Shown here in pieces: positions 20,101 to 27,450 of a stretch of 64,000 nucleotides of DNA. Position numbers and translations under genes: made by a program. The stretch is from an uncultured Clostridia bacterium (GTDB lineage Bacteria; Bacillota; Clostridia; UBA1381; UMGS1253), in assembly GCA_934457145.1 (NCBI GenBank), contig CAKSHP010000005.1, positions 17,121 through 81,120 on the forward strand, written 5' to 3'. Position 1 is the stretch's first letter. Every line of letters begins with the position of its first letter. Under the pieces are notes generated by a model. The model searched no databases and had not been told where the DNA came from. It saw nothing but the letters and a program-made list of their open reading frames with translations.

Positions 20101-22992
20101 ACAAAAGACGTTATGGACGCATTGGGCAGAAGAACCGCCGCATATGACGGCGAGTACACCGCAGAGGAAGGCTTTAAAACTCCGCATTTAATTAATACAT
20201 ATACCTACAGCGACAATTTAAACAATATCACATGTGTTACAAATGCGCTTTCGCAAAGCACATATTATTACTATGACGATTTATATAACCGTGCAACGTC
20301 AACATTGCAGTATGACGGAAATCAAAATATTATAAACCGCATAGAATATGACGACAAAAGCCGCGAAAAAACGGTGTATGATCCCCAAAATTCAAAAATG
20401 ACATATAAATATGATTGCCGGGGAAATCTTATCAAAAAATACACAACGCTTTCAAACAATGATATTTGGCAGGAAATCAGCGCATATGACGTGTATAATA
20501 ACTTAACGTCGCAGACGGACGCTAACGGCAATACCTCAAACTACACATATAATTCAAGAAATTTGCTCATTTCCAAAACAGACGCATTAAATAACACAAC
20601 ATTGTACAGCTATACTCACGGCGACAAGCTAAGCTGCGTAAATTATCCTAACGGAGCGTATAATTTTTATCATTACGACGGTTTTGAAAACGTGAGAGAA
20701 TTGGAAAGAAGCGCAGACCGCGGAGATCTTTATACTTATGATAAAGCCGGAAATCTTAAAAGTGATGATAAATATACGTATGTGTATATGTATGAAGTTG
20801 AGGGCGAACCGGATTCGTATCTTTTAAAATATAAAATTGATTACGGATATCCGTTACATATCGGCGTGCAGTATGAGTACGACGATTTCGGAAACGTTAC
20901 AAAAGAATATTATATCCAGGCGTACACAGTAAATTATGAAATGCAAACGCCGACTGCAATCTACGGTAAAAAGCATATAGAATACACCTACACTTATAAC
21001 GGACTTTTGGCAAGCGAAACGGTTGTTCCGGACTATCCGGAGGAATTAAGAATGGAAAACGCATACACATATGATGCCGCCGGCAATGTTTTATCCGATA
21101 TAAATGGCACATATACTTATGATAATCTCGGACGTTTATCAACGCACACATATAACGGAAATACAGACAGTTATGTCTATAATAAAGATGGTACGCTTGC
21201 AATAATAATGCGTAATGGAAACAATGAATACTTTACCTATGGTGATTTAAAACGTCTTTACGCAAAAGGGTATGAAAAAGCTTCAAATGAGTATGTGTAC
21301 GAAATACTGTACTATGATAAAGTCGGTAATGTAAAAAGCCAAACAAGCGGAATTGAAATTTATAATTATGAAACATGGGTTCTGGAAGAAGCACATGATG
21401 AAACCGTGAATTATACATATGATGCGCTAAACAGGCTGACCGTGGAGGCTGCACCTTCAAAAACAACATATTACAGTTATGATAATATGGGGAATATAAC
21501 TCAGCAAGTGTATGCATACCCTGCAAACACATCTTTTGTTTCAGGACACCGTTCAAACAGTTATACCTATAATTCGAACGATATAAGCAGTCATTGCAAA
21601 ATATATACATACAACAGCTATAATGAGTTAAACTCAATAATTGAAAGTGTTTATTACTGGGCTGATGAAGAGGCGGGAACATATTACGAGGACAGATACA
21701 ATTATCTATTTGAGTATGACGTAATAGGGAGAATGACAAAAAAGATTTTGGACGGCTATGAACAGGAATTCAAATATAACACTGTCGGTCAGCTTATAGA
21801 GTATACAGATGAATCCGATAAAAAAACGTATTATTCGTATTACACAAACGGACTTCGGGAAAATAAAAATAACATGGTTTCATTTGATTACCATAACAGC
21901 GAATATACATATAAGGATTTTTACTATGATCAAAATGGCAGAATAATTTATGAATATCATCCCGAAATTTCTTCAACAAGCGACAATGTGTGGTATAGAT
22001 GGAACGCTTTTAATCCTGTGTATTCAAGCGCGGCTCCATATGATAATATTGTTTCAAATCACAGAGGCGATATTGTAAGCAATTTTGAACACTTTATCAA
22101 TGGTTACGGTGCATACGGGGTAAAAGAGCGCGAAACAAAAGAAAACAGTATGTATTTCGGGTTCTGCGGAGAATATACGGACGAGGAAAGCGGTCTTGTA
22201 TATCTCAGAAACCGATATTACGATCCCGAAATCGGCAGATTTATAACCGAAGATCCGGCAAAGGATGGCGACAATTGGTATGCATATTGTGCAGGCAACC
22301 CGGTAAGTTATATTGATCCGAGCGGGCTTGCACCGACGGTTATGGAAGCGGCGGAAATGGCGGAACATATTTATAATCATAATAAATATGACGATAAAAA
22401 TGAAAGAATAGTATCTGGTTGGAGATTGGTAGATGTATATAATGGGCGAGAAGGTATGAAGATGGGAATTTATATAAAAAACATTGACGATTGGAGAAAT
22501 CCTTCAGAATATACAATTGCATTTAAAGGAACAACATGGTATAACCTTAATGATTGGAAAAATGATGCAGAACAATTATTGTCGCCAAAATCTAAAGATA
22601 TGTGGGATGCCATAAATTACAGTAAATGCTTTGTTGCTTTTCATTCCCAAGAAATAACTTTTGTTGGTCATTCGAAAGGTGGAGCTGAAGCGGCATCGGC
22701 GGCTGTTGCAACAAATAAAAATGCTATGATATTTAATCCTGCAACATCAAATCTTAGAGATTATGGGCTTAATATATCTGGTTATACTTCAAGTATGACA
22801 GCATACATTGTTAAAGGAGAAATTGTGAATCATCTAGAGGGGTGGTTTAGTAAACCTATTGACAAAGTAGTGTATCTTCCACAACAACATGGAGGTCATT
22901 GGTATGAGTTTTGGCAGACAAATTTATATCAGAGAATACAAAATCATTCAATTAGAGCTGTTAAAGGTGCGTTAAAGGAGGCGGGTTATTGA
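17152..22992 (+). CDS. secreted Rhs/YD-repeat polymorphic toxin with a C-terminal alpha/beta-hydrolase module
   Basis: The ORF track starts at 17047. I prefer ATG 17152 or 17158 after AAAGGATGG, which gives the signal peptide MFMKRLLSVLLSIMLVFSAFGGAFA. There are many YD repeats (YTYDAAGNV, YTYDNLGRL, YTYDALNRL, YSYDNMGNI, FEYDVIGRM). The Rhs core end reads YLRNRYYDPEIGRFITEDP...GNPVSYIDPSGL. Confidence 0.9.
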   Translation: MFMKRLLSVLLSIMLVFSAFGGAFANDAAALESAEFFNFQEENENYAPADEILPNDDLDGSSETEREILTSQSVKPVAEDDEGINLPGNEKGYGASNLPELPNLPTEQETDSGGLNNEGQNRPNSGSYLTYEQMLEKVRSNARSEEEYEKIINAQYIEPVYDDFDEEQLERAREKILNIKNREVETENALNYESGAAAIAELNGRPDLKMPSLSPRKAAKFPKSLEEIDFSLPGITPGAETQSSGTQEEIDIAPEQYESVYNVFNNGNEAVDVQSGNLSYIYPVVSLPGKDGFDLNINLVYHSEDSLMRDYNVSRNWSVDLPQVSYVGNYQTIRLRDGRVIKESNGVFYNKYTDDVTITWSTGAEKTATVEYKDGSKDYFDKDGSIERSEDPYGNQITYSYTRPNSIDKFIYSITDTYGRKIEFNFETQSKLKIYCGDTVYAVADVHAGGPISKIGTKRNAAGEIECATEFTYQNDYHDIGVDGGARELLTKIKYYTGGVTKFEYEAYNKNTYIERWSYGRDLFSGEYGYTSIGYMWDDVNENRVISRADYLEDSETAEPLNTVNYYYITDDDMEYDEISGDYTDANYTYYTICETADSRKEGSLHQNIYAFNNRRQKIKEELTDGEFGRFISAEKFNSLNVNLSYQADEYFSCSDVHYRYYPQTHTYNGETYGRGVYNYQAAGHILEYESIYNENDMRSIEAATAPYDEVYNRVDEMLYLKYTTKAGKVFYEKINMQEELKRQREFTEYTYHPTYRLLTHTLKKHELDDNGDPFESSTTYNSKGDILSHTDFYKNTVTYTYPEQNNKGIPLSETYSYNGVSDTTTVTNTLLYTEGGAAYISSTQTAYNDGYVNKQDYTYVFNTHIDPIIQTAYYEGTSQRLGFYKKTSGFTTVIGDELCVTTRVHSYYTDTEYIQTSKIYDLKTMLLKSETDGENLTTSYIYDDVFWNKVKQITEPSGKTTKYFYNIGEENSFVTLLCDKYYTKDVMDALGRRTAAYDGEYTAEEGFKTPHLINTYTYSDNLNNITCVTNALSQSTYYYYDDLYNRATSTLQYDGNQNIINRIEYDDKSREKTVYDPQNSKMTYKYDCRGNLIKKYTTLSNNDIWQEISAYDVYNNLTSQTDANGNTSNYTYNSRNLLISKTDALNNTTLYSYTHGDKLSCVNYPNGAYNFYHYDGFENVRELERSADRGDLYTYDKAGNLKSDDKYTYVYMYEVEGEPDSYLLKYKIDYGYPLHIGVQYEYDDFGNVTKEYYIQAYTVNYEMQTPTAIYGKKHIEYTYTYNGLLASETVVPDYPEELRMENAYTYDAAGNVLSDINGTYTYDNLGRLSTHTYNGNTDSYVYNKDGTLAIIMRNGNNEYFTYGDLKRLYAKGYEKASNEYVYEILYYDKVGNVKSQTSGIEIYNYETWVLEEAHDETVNYTYDALNRLTVEAAPSKTTYYSYDNMGNITQQVYAYPANTSFVSGHRSNSYTYNSNDISSHCKIYTYNSYNELNSIIESVYYWADEEAGTYYEDRYNYLFEYDVIGRMTKKILDGYEQEFKYNTVGQLIEYTDESDKKTYYSYYTNGLRENKNNMVSFDYHNSEYTYKDFYYDQNGRIIYEYHPEISSTSDNVWYRWNAFNPVYSSAAPYDNIVSNHRGDIVSNFEHFINGYGAYGVKERETKENSMYFGFCGEYTDEESGLVYLRNRYYDPEIGRFITEDPAKDGDNWYAYCAGNPVSYIDPSGLAPTVMEAAEMAEHIYNHNKYDDKNERIVSGWRLVDVYNGREGMKMGIYIKNIDDWRNPSEYTIAFKGTTWYNLNDWKNDAEQLLSPKSKDMWDAINYSKCFVAFHSQEITFVGHSKGGAEAASAAVATNKNAMIFNPATSNLRDYGLNISGYTSSMTAYIVKGEIVNHLEGWFSKPIDKVVYLPQQHGGHWYEFWQTNLYQRIQNHSIRAVKGALKEAGY
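22330..22989 (+). other. C-terminal toxin module (220 aa after DPSGL): lipase-class alpha/beta-hydrolase-like
   Basis: IAFKGT..W..DW..D is followed by the nucleophile elbow FVGHSKGGAEAA (GxSxG). The segment looks visibly more AT-rich than the Rhs core just upstream; this was judged by eye, not computed. Confidence 0.65.
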
Positions 22993-23528
22993 TGAAAAGA
23001 CCAAAAATGATGATTGTAATTGCAATACTGATTGGTATTTTTATTTTAATTGGTCGTATAATTTGGATATTGTCCTTCGGATTTCTTCCAAATCCGCCGA
23101 AACCTCAAATAACGTATGGTGAATTTCCGTTTGAATTGATATATGAAATAAACGGAGAAACAAAAACAGTAAATGATGTTTTTGTGTGCGAGTATGGCGG
23201 AGTGGCTGTAGATGCAGCAAATGGGAAATTTCGCTGGTGGAAATCTTATTTGAAAAGCGGAAACACGCGCATTACATTATTAAAAAATGATGAGACGGAA
23301 ATTTTTTATACCCCCGATATAAACCAGCATGCGGCGCCGGTATATATGGGTGATACGGAAATTTACCACAGTATTAACGAAGTGTTCCCGAACGCTCTTT
23401 ATACAAGTGATTTTGAAAACAAACAGGTAAATTCGTATATTATATCAGCAGATGAAATGTGGGAGAAATATAAGCTTAAACTTATAAGCTGGAAAATTGA
23501 ACCTCCGATTAAAAACACTTTTAAATAA
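22992..23528 (+). CDS. putative cognate immunity protein (N-terminal TM, PPNPPKP/YEINGE family)
   Basis: Its ATG overlaps the rhs stop (TGATG), with AAGGAGG 11 nt upstream. It has one TM helix, then LPNPPKPQITYGEFPFELIYEINGE. A paralogue lies at 24876. Confidence 0.6.
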   Translation: MKRPKMMIVIAILIGIFILIGRIIWILSFGFLPNPPKPQITYGEFPFELIYEINGETKTVNDVFVCEYGGVAVDAANGKFRWWKSYLKSGNTRITLLKNDETEIFYTPDINQHAAPVYMGDTEIYHSINEVFPNALYTSDFENKQVNSYIISADEMWEKYKLKLISWKIEPPIKNTFK

Positions 23529-23556
23529 CCGATAGTTTGCACAAAAGGATATGCAC

Positions 23557-23589
23557 GGGGCGGCAGGCAAAAACGCCGCCCCGGCAGAG
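23557..23589 (+). repeat. GC-rich hairpin element, copy a (GGGGCGGC-loop-GCCGCCCC-GGCAGAG)
   Basis: Perfect 8-bp GC stem. The element recurs at 24755, 26761 and 27411. Confidence 0.7.
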
Positions 23590-23604
23590 CAAGGGGAGAA
23601 AAAG

Positions 23605-24072
23605 ATGAAAAAAATTATATTAATGACACTTGCAGTAATTTTGCTTGCTGCGGCTGCCGGCGGATATTATATTTACAGAATAACTATTGATACAGAATAT
23701 GCGGTTAAATTTTCAGAAGTTTTTGACACTTATGATATAAATGAGATTGACAAATATTTTGATGAAGACACTTTGTTTATATATGGGCAGAGGCAAAAAA
23801 CATATAAAGAATTAAGAGACAATATCAAAACTGCCTGTGATAAAAAATGTTATAAATTCGGTTCGTACGGACACGGCAATGACAGATTTGAAAACAATCG
23901 TCAAACTGTCACACTTATGTTGCATGCCACAATTTATAATGAGGATATTACAATGGAAACCCATATGGTATTAAAACGAACGGGGCCGTTTTCATTTAAA
24001 ATAGAGTCGGTTGATTGCAGCGAAAAGCTGTTGGGAGATTTGTTTTTCGGTGAAGAGGGAGGAAGATTGTGA
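23605..24072 (+). CDS. membrane-anchored hypothetical protein (cassette 1, gene 2)
   Basis: The inner ATG after GGGGAG gives MKKIILMTLAVILLAAAAGGYYIY. Its stop overlaps the next gene's start (GTGA). Confidence 0.6.
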   Translation: MKKIILMTLAVILLAAAAGGYYIYRITIDTEYAVKFSEVFDTYDINEIDKYFDEDTLFIYGQRQKTYKELRDNIKTACDKKCYKFGSYGHGNDRFENNRQTVTLMLHATIYNEDITMETHMVLKRTGPFSFKIESVDCSEKLLGDLFFGEEGGRL

Positions 24073-24518
24073 AAAAAATAATTACATTTATAATTTTTAT
24101 ATCAGTAATATTGAACACACAGGTGTTTGCAAGCGATAATGTTTTAAAAAATCAGGTGGTAGACAAAATTGCCCCGTATGCGCAAAAGGATTCGGAAGAA
24201 AAAATACCGAGAAAGGATTGCGTTATTTCAATTGTAAAAGCTATCGGCGCGAATGAAGATTTAAATGAACAACGAAGACGGGTGGCTTACGAGTCTCCGC
24301 CTTTCGGTAGCGAGTATACAATATTTCAAGAGGATTTTGGATATTTGATAGCGGCTTATTATGATGATATATTGTGCGGAGAGCCGTATTATTACAATTC
24401 TGAGCAAATGGGAGTTTTGGTTACGCCGTTTCGCGCAGTGAAAGCAAAGGAATGTCTGGCGTTTATGCTAAGATGTTTAAAACCTATGGAAAGTATAGAA
24501 TGGAATAACACTTTTTAA
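24069..24518 (+). CDS. secreted hypothetical protein, copy 1 (cassette 1, gene 3), ends at an in-frame TAA
   Basis: Signal peptide MKKIITFIIFISVILNTQVFA. Nearly identical to 26077..26526. Confidence 0.65.
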   Translation: MKKIITFIIFISVILNTQVFASDNVLKNQVVDKIAPYAQKDSEEKIPRKDCVISIVKAIGANEDLNEQRRRVAYESPPFGSEYTIFQEDFGYLIAAYYDDILCGEPYYYNSEQMGVLVTPFRAVKAKECLAFMLRCLKPMESIEWNNTF

Positions 24519-24743
24519 GACAGCATAGATATCGGACTGATAAATGCAGAAGAAGCAAAAGCATTCGAAAATCAGAAATATTTAATGGCAAAGGATTTTA
24601 GAGTATTGCTTAGCCGTATGCTTGATATGAAACGGTATTTGTATTATACGGATGAAGCAAAAAAATCTGTTTGGAGAAATTATATTGAAACAGATGCAGC
24701 GGGCAGCATGACATATTTGGAACAGTATCTGAAAAATAATTAA
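24519..24743 (+). other. in-frame, coding-like extension of 74 codons after the TAA of the preceding ORF
   Basis: The same frame continues as DSIDIGLINAEEAKAFENQKYLMAKDFRVLLSRMLDMKRYLYYTDEAKK...YLEQYLKNN, stop TAA at 24741. Confidence 0.5.
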
Positions 24744-24754
24744 AATATGCCTGC

Positions 24755-24790
24755 GGGGCGGCGGTTTCGCTTACCGCCGTCCAGGCAGAG
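24755..24790 (+). repeat. GC-rich hairpin element, copy b (degenerate)
   Basis: GGGGCGGCGG-tttcgctta-CCGCCGTCC-aGGCAGAG. Confidence 0.6.
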
Positions 24791-24875
24791 GGAAAAGCAG
24801 ATTTGAAAAAACAAGGGCGTGACTGTGAAACGCAAAGATTGATATCCGACTAAATCGGAAGTGAGGGGTGAGGAC

Positions 24876-25487
24876 ATGAAAAAAGGAAAGTCTTTAAAAA
24901 TTGCTGCAGTTTTAATATTTTCGGCGTTTGTAATCTGGCTTGGGTGCATATATGTATATGTCGGAACATATATTTTTCCGATTGCGCCTCATTGGGTTAC
25001 TCAGCTTCCGCCGAATCCTCCGAAACCGAAAATCCGTCACGGTGAGTTTAACTTTAATTTGCAATATGAAATAAACGGCGAAAACAGAAATTTAAAAGAT
25101 ACGCTTGTTTGCGATTTTGACGGGTTTGAGGTAACGCAGGTCGGAGGACCGAAAAACCGTGTCTGGCGATCATATTATGAAAACAAACAGCAAAACGAGC
25201 TTTTCACTTTCAGAAATGAACCGTCCGATATTGTGGAAATTGTGCTTGAAAATACAGATAATTATAAAATTATTCTCGGTATGCCACAGGCGGCAGAGCT
25301 TATGGGAGATATAGAGAGAAAAACGGAAGTTGAAAACGAACCGTGCGTAAAAGTGTATGACGTAAACGAAAGGTATTACGTTTACCCGGACAGGTGCGAT
25401 GAAATTTTGTCGGAATGCGGTTTTGAGGTTCTTGAATGGAAATGCGATAAACCTATAGAAAATGAGTTTAAGAAAACGTGGTGGTAG
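24876..25487 (+). CDS. paralogue of the putative immunity protein (cassette 2, gene 1)
   Basis: The inner ATG gives MKKGKSLKIAAVLIFSAFVIWLG (TM helix), then LPPNPPKPKIRHGEFNFNLQYEINGE...W.SY. The C-terminus reads EWKCDKPIENEFK, compared with SWKIEPPIKNTFK in the first copy. Confidence 0.6.
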   Translation: MKKGKSLKIAAVLIFSAFVIWLGCIYVYVGTYIFPIAPHWVTQLPPNPPKPKIRHGEFNFNLQYEINGENRNLKDTLVCDFDGFEVTQVGGPKNRVWRSYYENKQQNELFTFRNEPSDIVEIVLENTDNYKIILGMPQAAELMGDIERKTEVENEPCVKVYDVNERYYVYPDRCDEILSECGFEVLEWKCDKPIENEFKKTWW

Positions 25488-25536
25488 ATTGGCGAAAAAA
25501 TTTTAAAAAGAACGCTCAAACAGATTATGAACGGGG

Positions 25537-26064
25537 GTGATTATTATAAAAATATATAAGTATATAATTTTATTTGTAACGATAATAATTATCGATTATA
25601 TAAAATTTACTTTGCCTTTCGGCAGAGCAAACGCATTTATTATGGCGCTGCTTTTTGGGGCGGAGGCGCTTTTTACGGCGGCAATGGTTGTTTACGGAAT
25701 TTTTATGGCTTTAAGACATAAAAAAATATTTTTTATAATATCCTCTGTGTGTCTGCTTTTAATTTTGTATGTATTTCCGTACACAAAGTTTTATGCCCGG
25801 GCAGACATATTTATTCATCAAAACATCAGGCAGCAGGCAATAGATTTTTTAAAAAGCGATGAGGCAAAAAGCTGTCAAACCTCGGAGAACACGTTTTTAC
25901 TTCCGATGCGTTTCAGGTTTGCCTCACACAGCGCAAACGCGATAGTGAAAAAAGATAAAGAAGAAGTTATATTTTATATTCACTGCGGATTTTTTAAAAG
26001 AAGCTTAGCGGTATATTCTTATACGGATAAAAAATTGCTGAGAAGTGAAACATTGCAGTGGTAA
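25537..26064 (+). CDS. polytopic membrane hypothetical protein (cassette 2, gene 2)
   Basis: Several hydrophobic helices. The start codon is uncertain (GTG with no clear SD). Confidence 0.45.
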   Translation: MIIIKIYKYIILFVTIIIIDYIKFTLPFGRANAFIMALLFGAEALFTAAMVVYGIFMALRHKKIFFIISSVCLLLILYVFPYTKFYARADIFIHQNIRQQAIDFLKSDEAKSCQTSENTFLLPMRFRFASHSANAIVKKDKEEVIFYIHCGFFKRSLAVYSYTDKKLLRSETLQW

Positions 26065-26076
26065 TGGGAGGCAGAA

Positions 26077-26526
26077 ATGAAAAAAATAATTACATTTATA
26101 ATTTTTATATCAGTAATATTAAACACACAGGTGTTTGCAAGCGATAATGTTTTAAAAAGTCAGGTGATAGACGAAATTGCCCCGTATACTCAAAAGGATT
26201 CGGAAGAAAAAATACCGAGAAAGGATTGCGTTATTTCAATTGTAAAAGCTATCGGCGCGAATGAAGATTTAAATGAACAACGAAGACGGGTGGCTTACGA
26301 GTCTCCGCCTTTCGGTAGCGAGTATACAATATTTCAAGAGGATTTTGGATATTTGATAGCGGCTTATTATGATGATATATTGTGCGGAGAGCCGTATTAT
26401 TACAATTCTGAGCAAATGGGAGTTTTGGTTACGCCGTTTCGCGCAGTGAAAGCAAAGGAATGTCTGGCGTTTATGCTAAGATGTTTAAAACCTATGGAAA
26501 GTATAGAATGGAATAACACTTTTTAA
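26077..26526 (+). CDS. secreted hypothetical protein, copy 2 (cassette 2, gene 3), same in-frame TAA
   Basis: Differs from copy 1 by four amino acids, all near the N-terminus. GGGAGG lies upstream. Confidence 0.65.
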   Translation: MKKIITFIIFISVILNTQVFASDNVLKSQVIDEIAPYTQKDSEEKIPRKDCVISIVKAIGANEDLNEQRRRVAYESPPFGSEYTIFQEDFGYLIAAYYDDILCGEPYYYNSEQMGVLVTPFRAVKAKECLAFMLRCLKPMESIEWNNTF

Positions 26527-26751
26527 GACAGCATAGATATCGGACTGATAAATGCAGAAGAAGCAAAAGCATTCGAAAATCAGAAATATTTAATGGCAAA
26601 GGATTTTAGAGTATTGCTTAGCCGTATGCTTGATATGAAACGGTATTTGTATTATACGGATGAAACAGAAAGTTCGGGGTGGAGAACTCATATTGAAACA
26701 GATGTATCGGGCAGCATGACATATTTGGAACAGTATCTGAAAAATAATTAA
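26527..26751 (+). other. in-frame coding-like extension, copy 2
   Basis: Same continuation as copy 1, with a diverged patch (TESSGWRTH vs AKKSVWRNY). Stop TAA at 26749. Confidence 0.5.
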
Positions 26752-26760
26752 AATATGCTG

Positions 26761-26795
26761 CCGGGGCGACAGGCAAAACCGCCGCCCCGGCAGAG
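26761..26795 (+). repeat. GC-rich hairpin element, copy c
   Basis: CCGGGGCG pairs with CGCCCCGG across a 14-nt loop, followed by CAGAG. Confidence 0.7.
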
Positions 26796-26880
26796 GGAAA
26801 AGCAGATTTGAAAAAACAAGGGCGTGACCGTGAAACGCAAAGATTGATATCCGACTAAATCGGAATTGAGAGGCGAGGAT

Positions 26881-27405
26881 GTGAAAAAGAATAAAGTATT
26901 TGGACTGATTGTTTTGGGTATGATTTTAGCCGGACTATTGGTGTGTTTGAACAGGGATATTTTACTTGATCGTTTTTGGAGTAAAATCGAAAGTCAATTA
27001 GACTATGAGCGTTCTTTGAAAGTGGGAGATGACTTTAACAAAATTAGCTGGGGCGATTTGAGTTTTCAAATCAATCACCATAAGTCAGGTAATAATTTGG
27101 AATATGTCAGCGTTGTTGATAAAGAAAGCTATATTTTGCTGAAAAACATATCTTCATATAAAATCGTGGAAGAAAAATTATATGTTAAGTCAAAGGATGG
27201 ATATGCAGTGATTGATAAAAATAATTTATGCAGAGTGTGTGTAACAGTGCCGGATGATGAATTTGTAAATGGCTACACAGTTGATGACGCCGGAAATGAA
27301 ATACCGATAAGCAGATATATAGAAAATGAAAATGTGATATATTTAAAAAGCTATAGCGAATTTACAGATGAGGAAAGAAAGGTTTTTGAAAAAATGGAAA
27401 AGTAA
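26881..27405 (+). CDS. membrane-anchored hypothetical protein (last gene of the island)
   Basis: A GTG start at the position equivalent to ATG 24876 gives VKKNKVFGLIVLGMILAGLLV (TM helix). Confidence 0.55.
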   Translation: MKKNKVFGLIVLGMILAGLLVCLNRDILLDRFWSKIESQLDYERSLKVGDDFNKISWGDLSFQINHHKSGNNLEYVSVVDKESYILLKNISSYKIVEEKLYVKSKDGYAVIDKNNLCRVCVTVPDDEFVNGYTVDDAGNEIPISRYIENENVIYLKSYSEFTDEERKVFEKMEK

Positions 27406-27410
27406 ACTTG

Positions 27411-27444
27411 CGGGGCGACAGGCAAAACCGCCGCCCCGGCAGAG
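27411..27444 (+). repeat. GC-rich hairpin element, copy d
   Basis: Almost identical to copy c. Confidence 0.7.
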
Positions 27445-27450
27445 AAAAGG

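Larger units (their letters stand above)
24069..24885 (+). repeat. 0.8-kb direct repeat, copy 1
   Basis: Aligns with 26077-26890 at an offset of 2008. Positions 24183-24656 look identical to 26191-26664 by eye. Confidence 0.85.
26077..26890 (+). repeat. 0.8-kb direct repeat, copy 2
   Basis: See copy 1. The repeat runs through the intergenic region into the first codons of the next gene. Confidence 0.85.

Noticed and set aside
17724-22522. More than a dozen 60-168-aa ORFs antisense to or overlapping the rhs gene.
   Set aside because: They have low-complexity, Cys/His/Arg/Tyr-rich translations with no SD sequences. They lie entirely inside a 5.8-kb ORF that has unmistakable YD repeats. They are typical shadow ORFs.
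23551-23604. N-terminal extension of the 173-aa ORF (MHGAAGKNAAPAEQGEKK).
   Set aside because: It is a translation of the GC hairpin element. The inner ATG 23605 has an SD and begins a normal TM helix.
24516-26526. TAA reassigned as a sense codon (alternative genetic code), prompted by in-frame TAAs here and at 63341-63339.
   Set aside because: Many well-delimited housekeeping genes in the window end at TAA with normal lengths (tmk, hup, mutS2, rpmH). Genome-wide recoding is therefore not supported.
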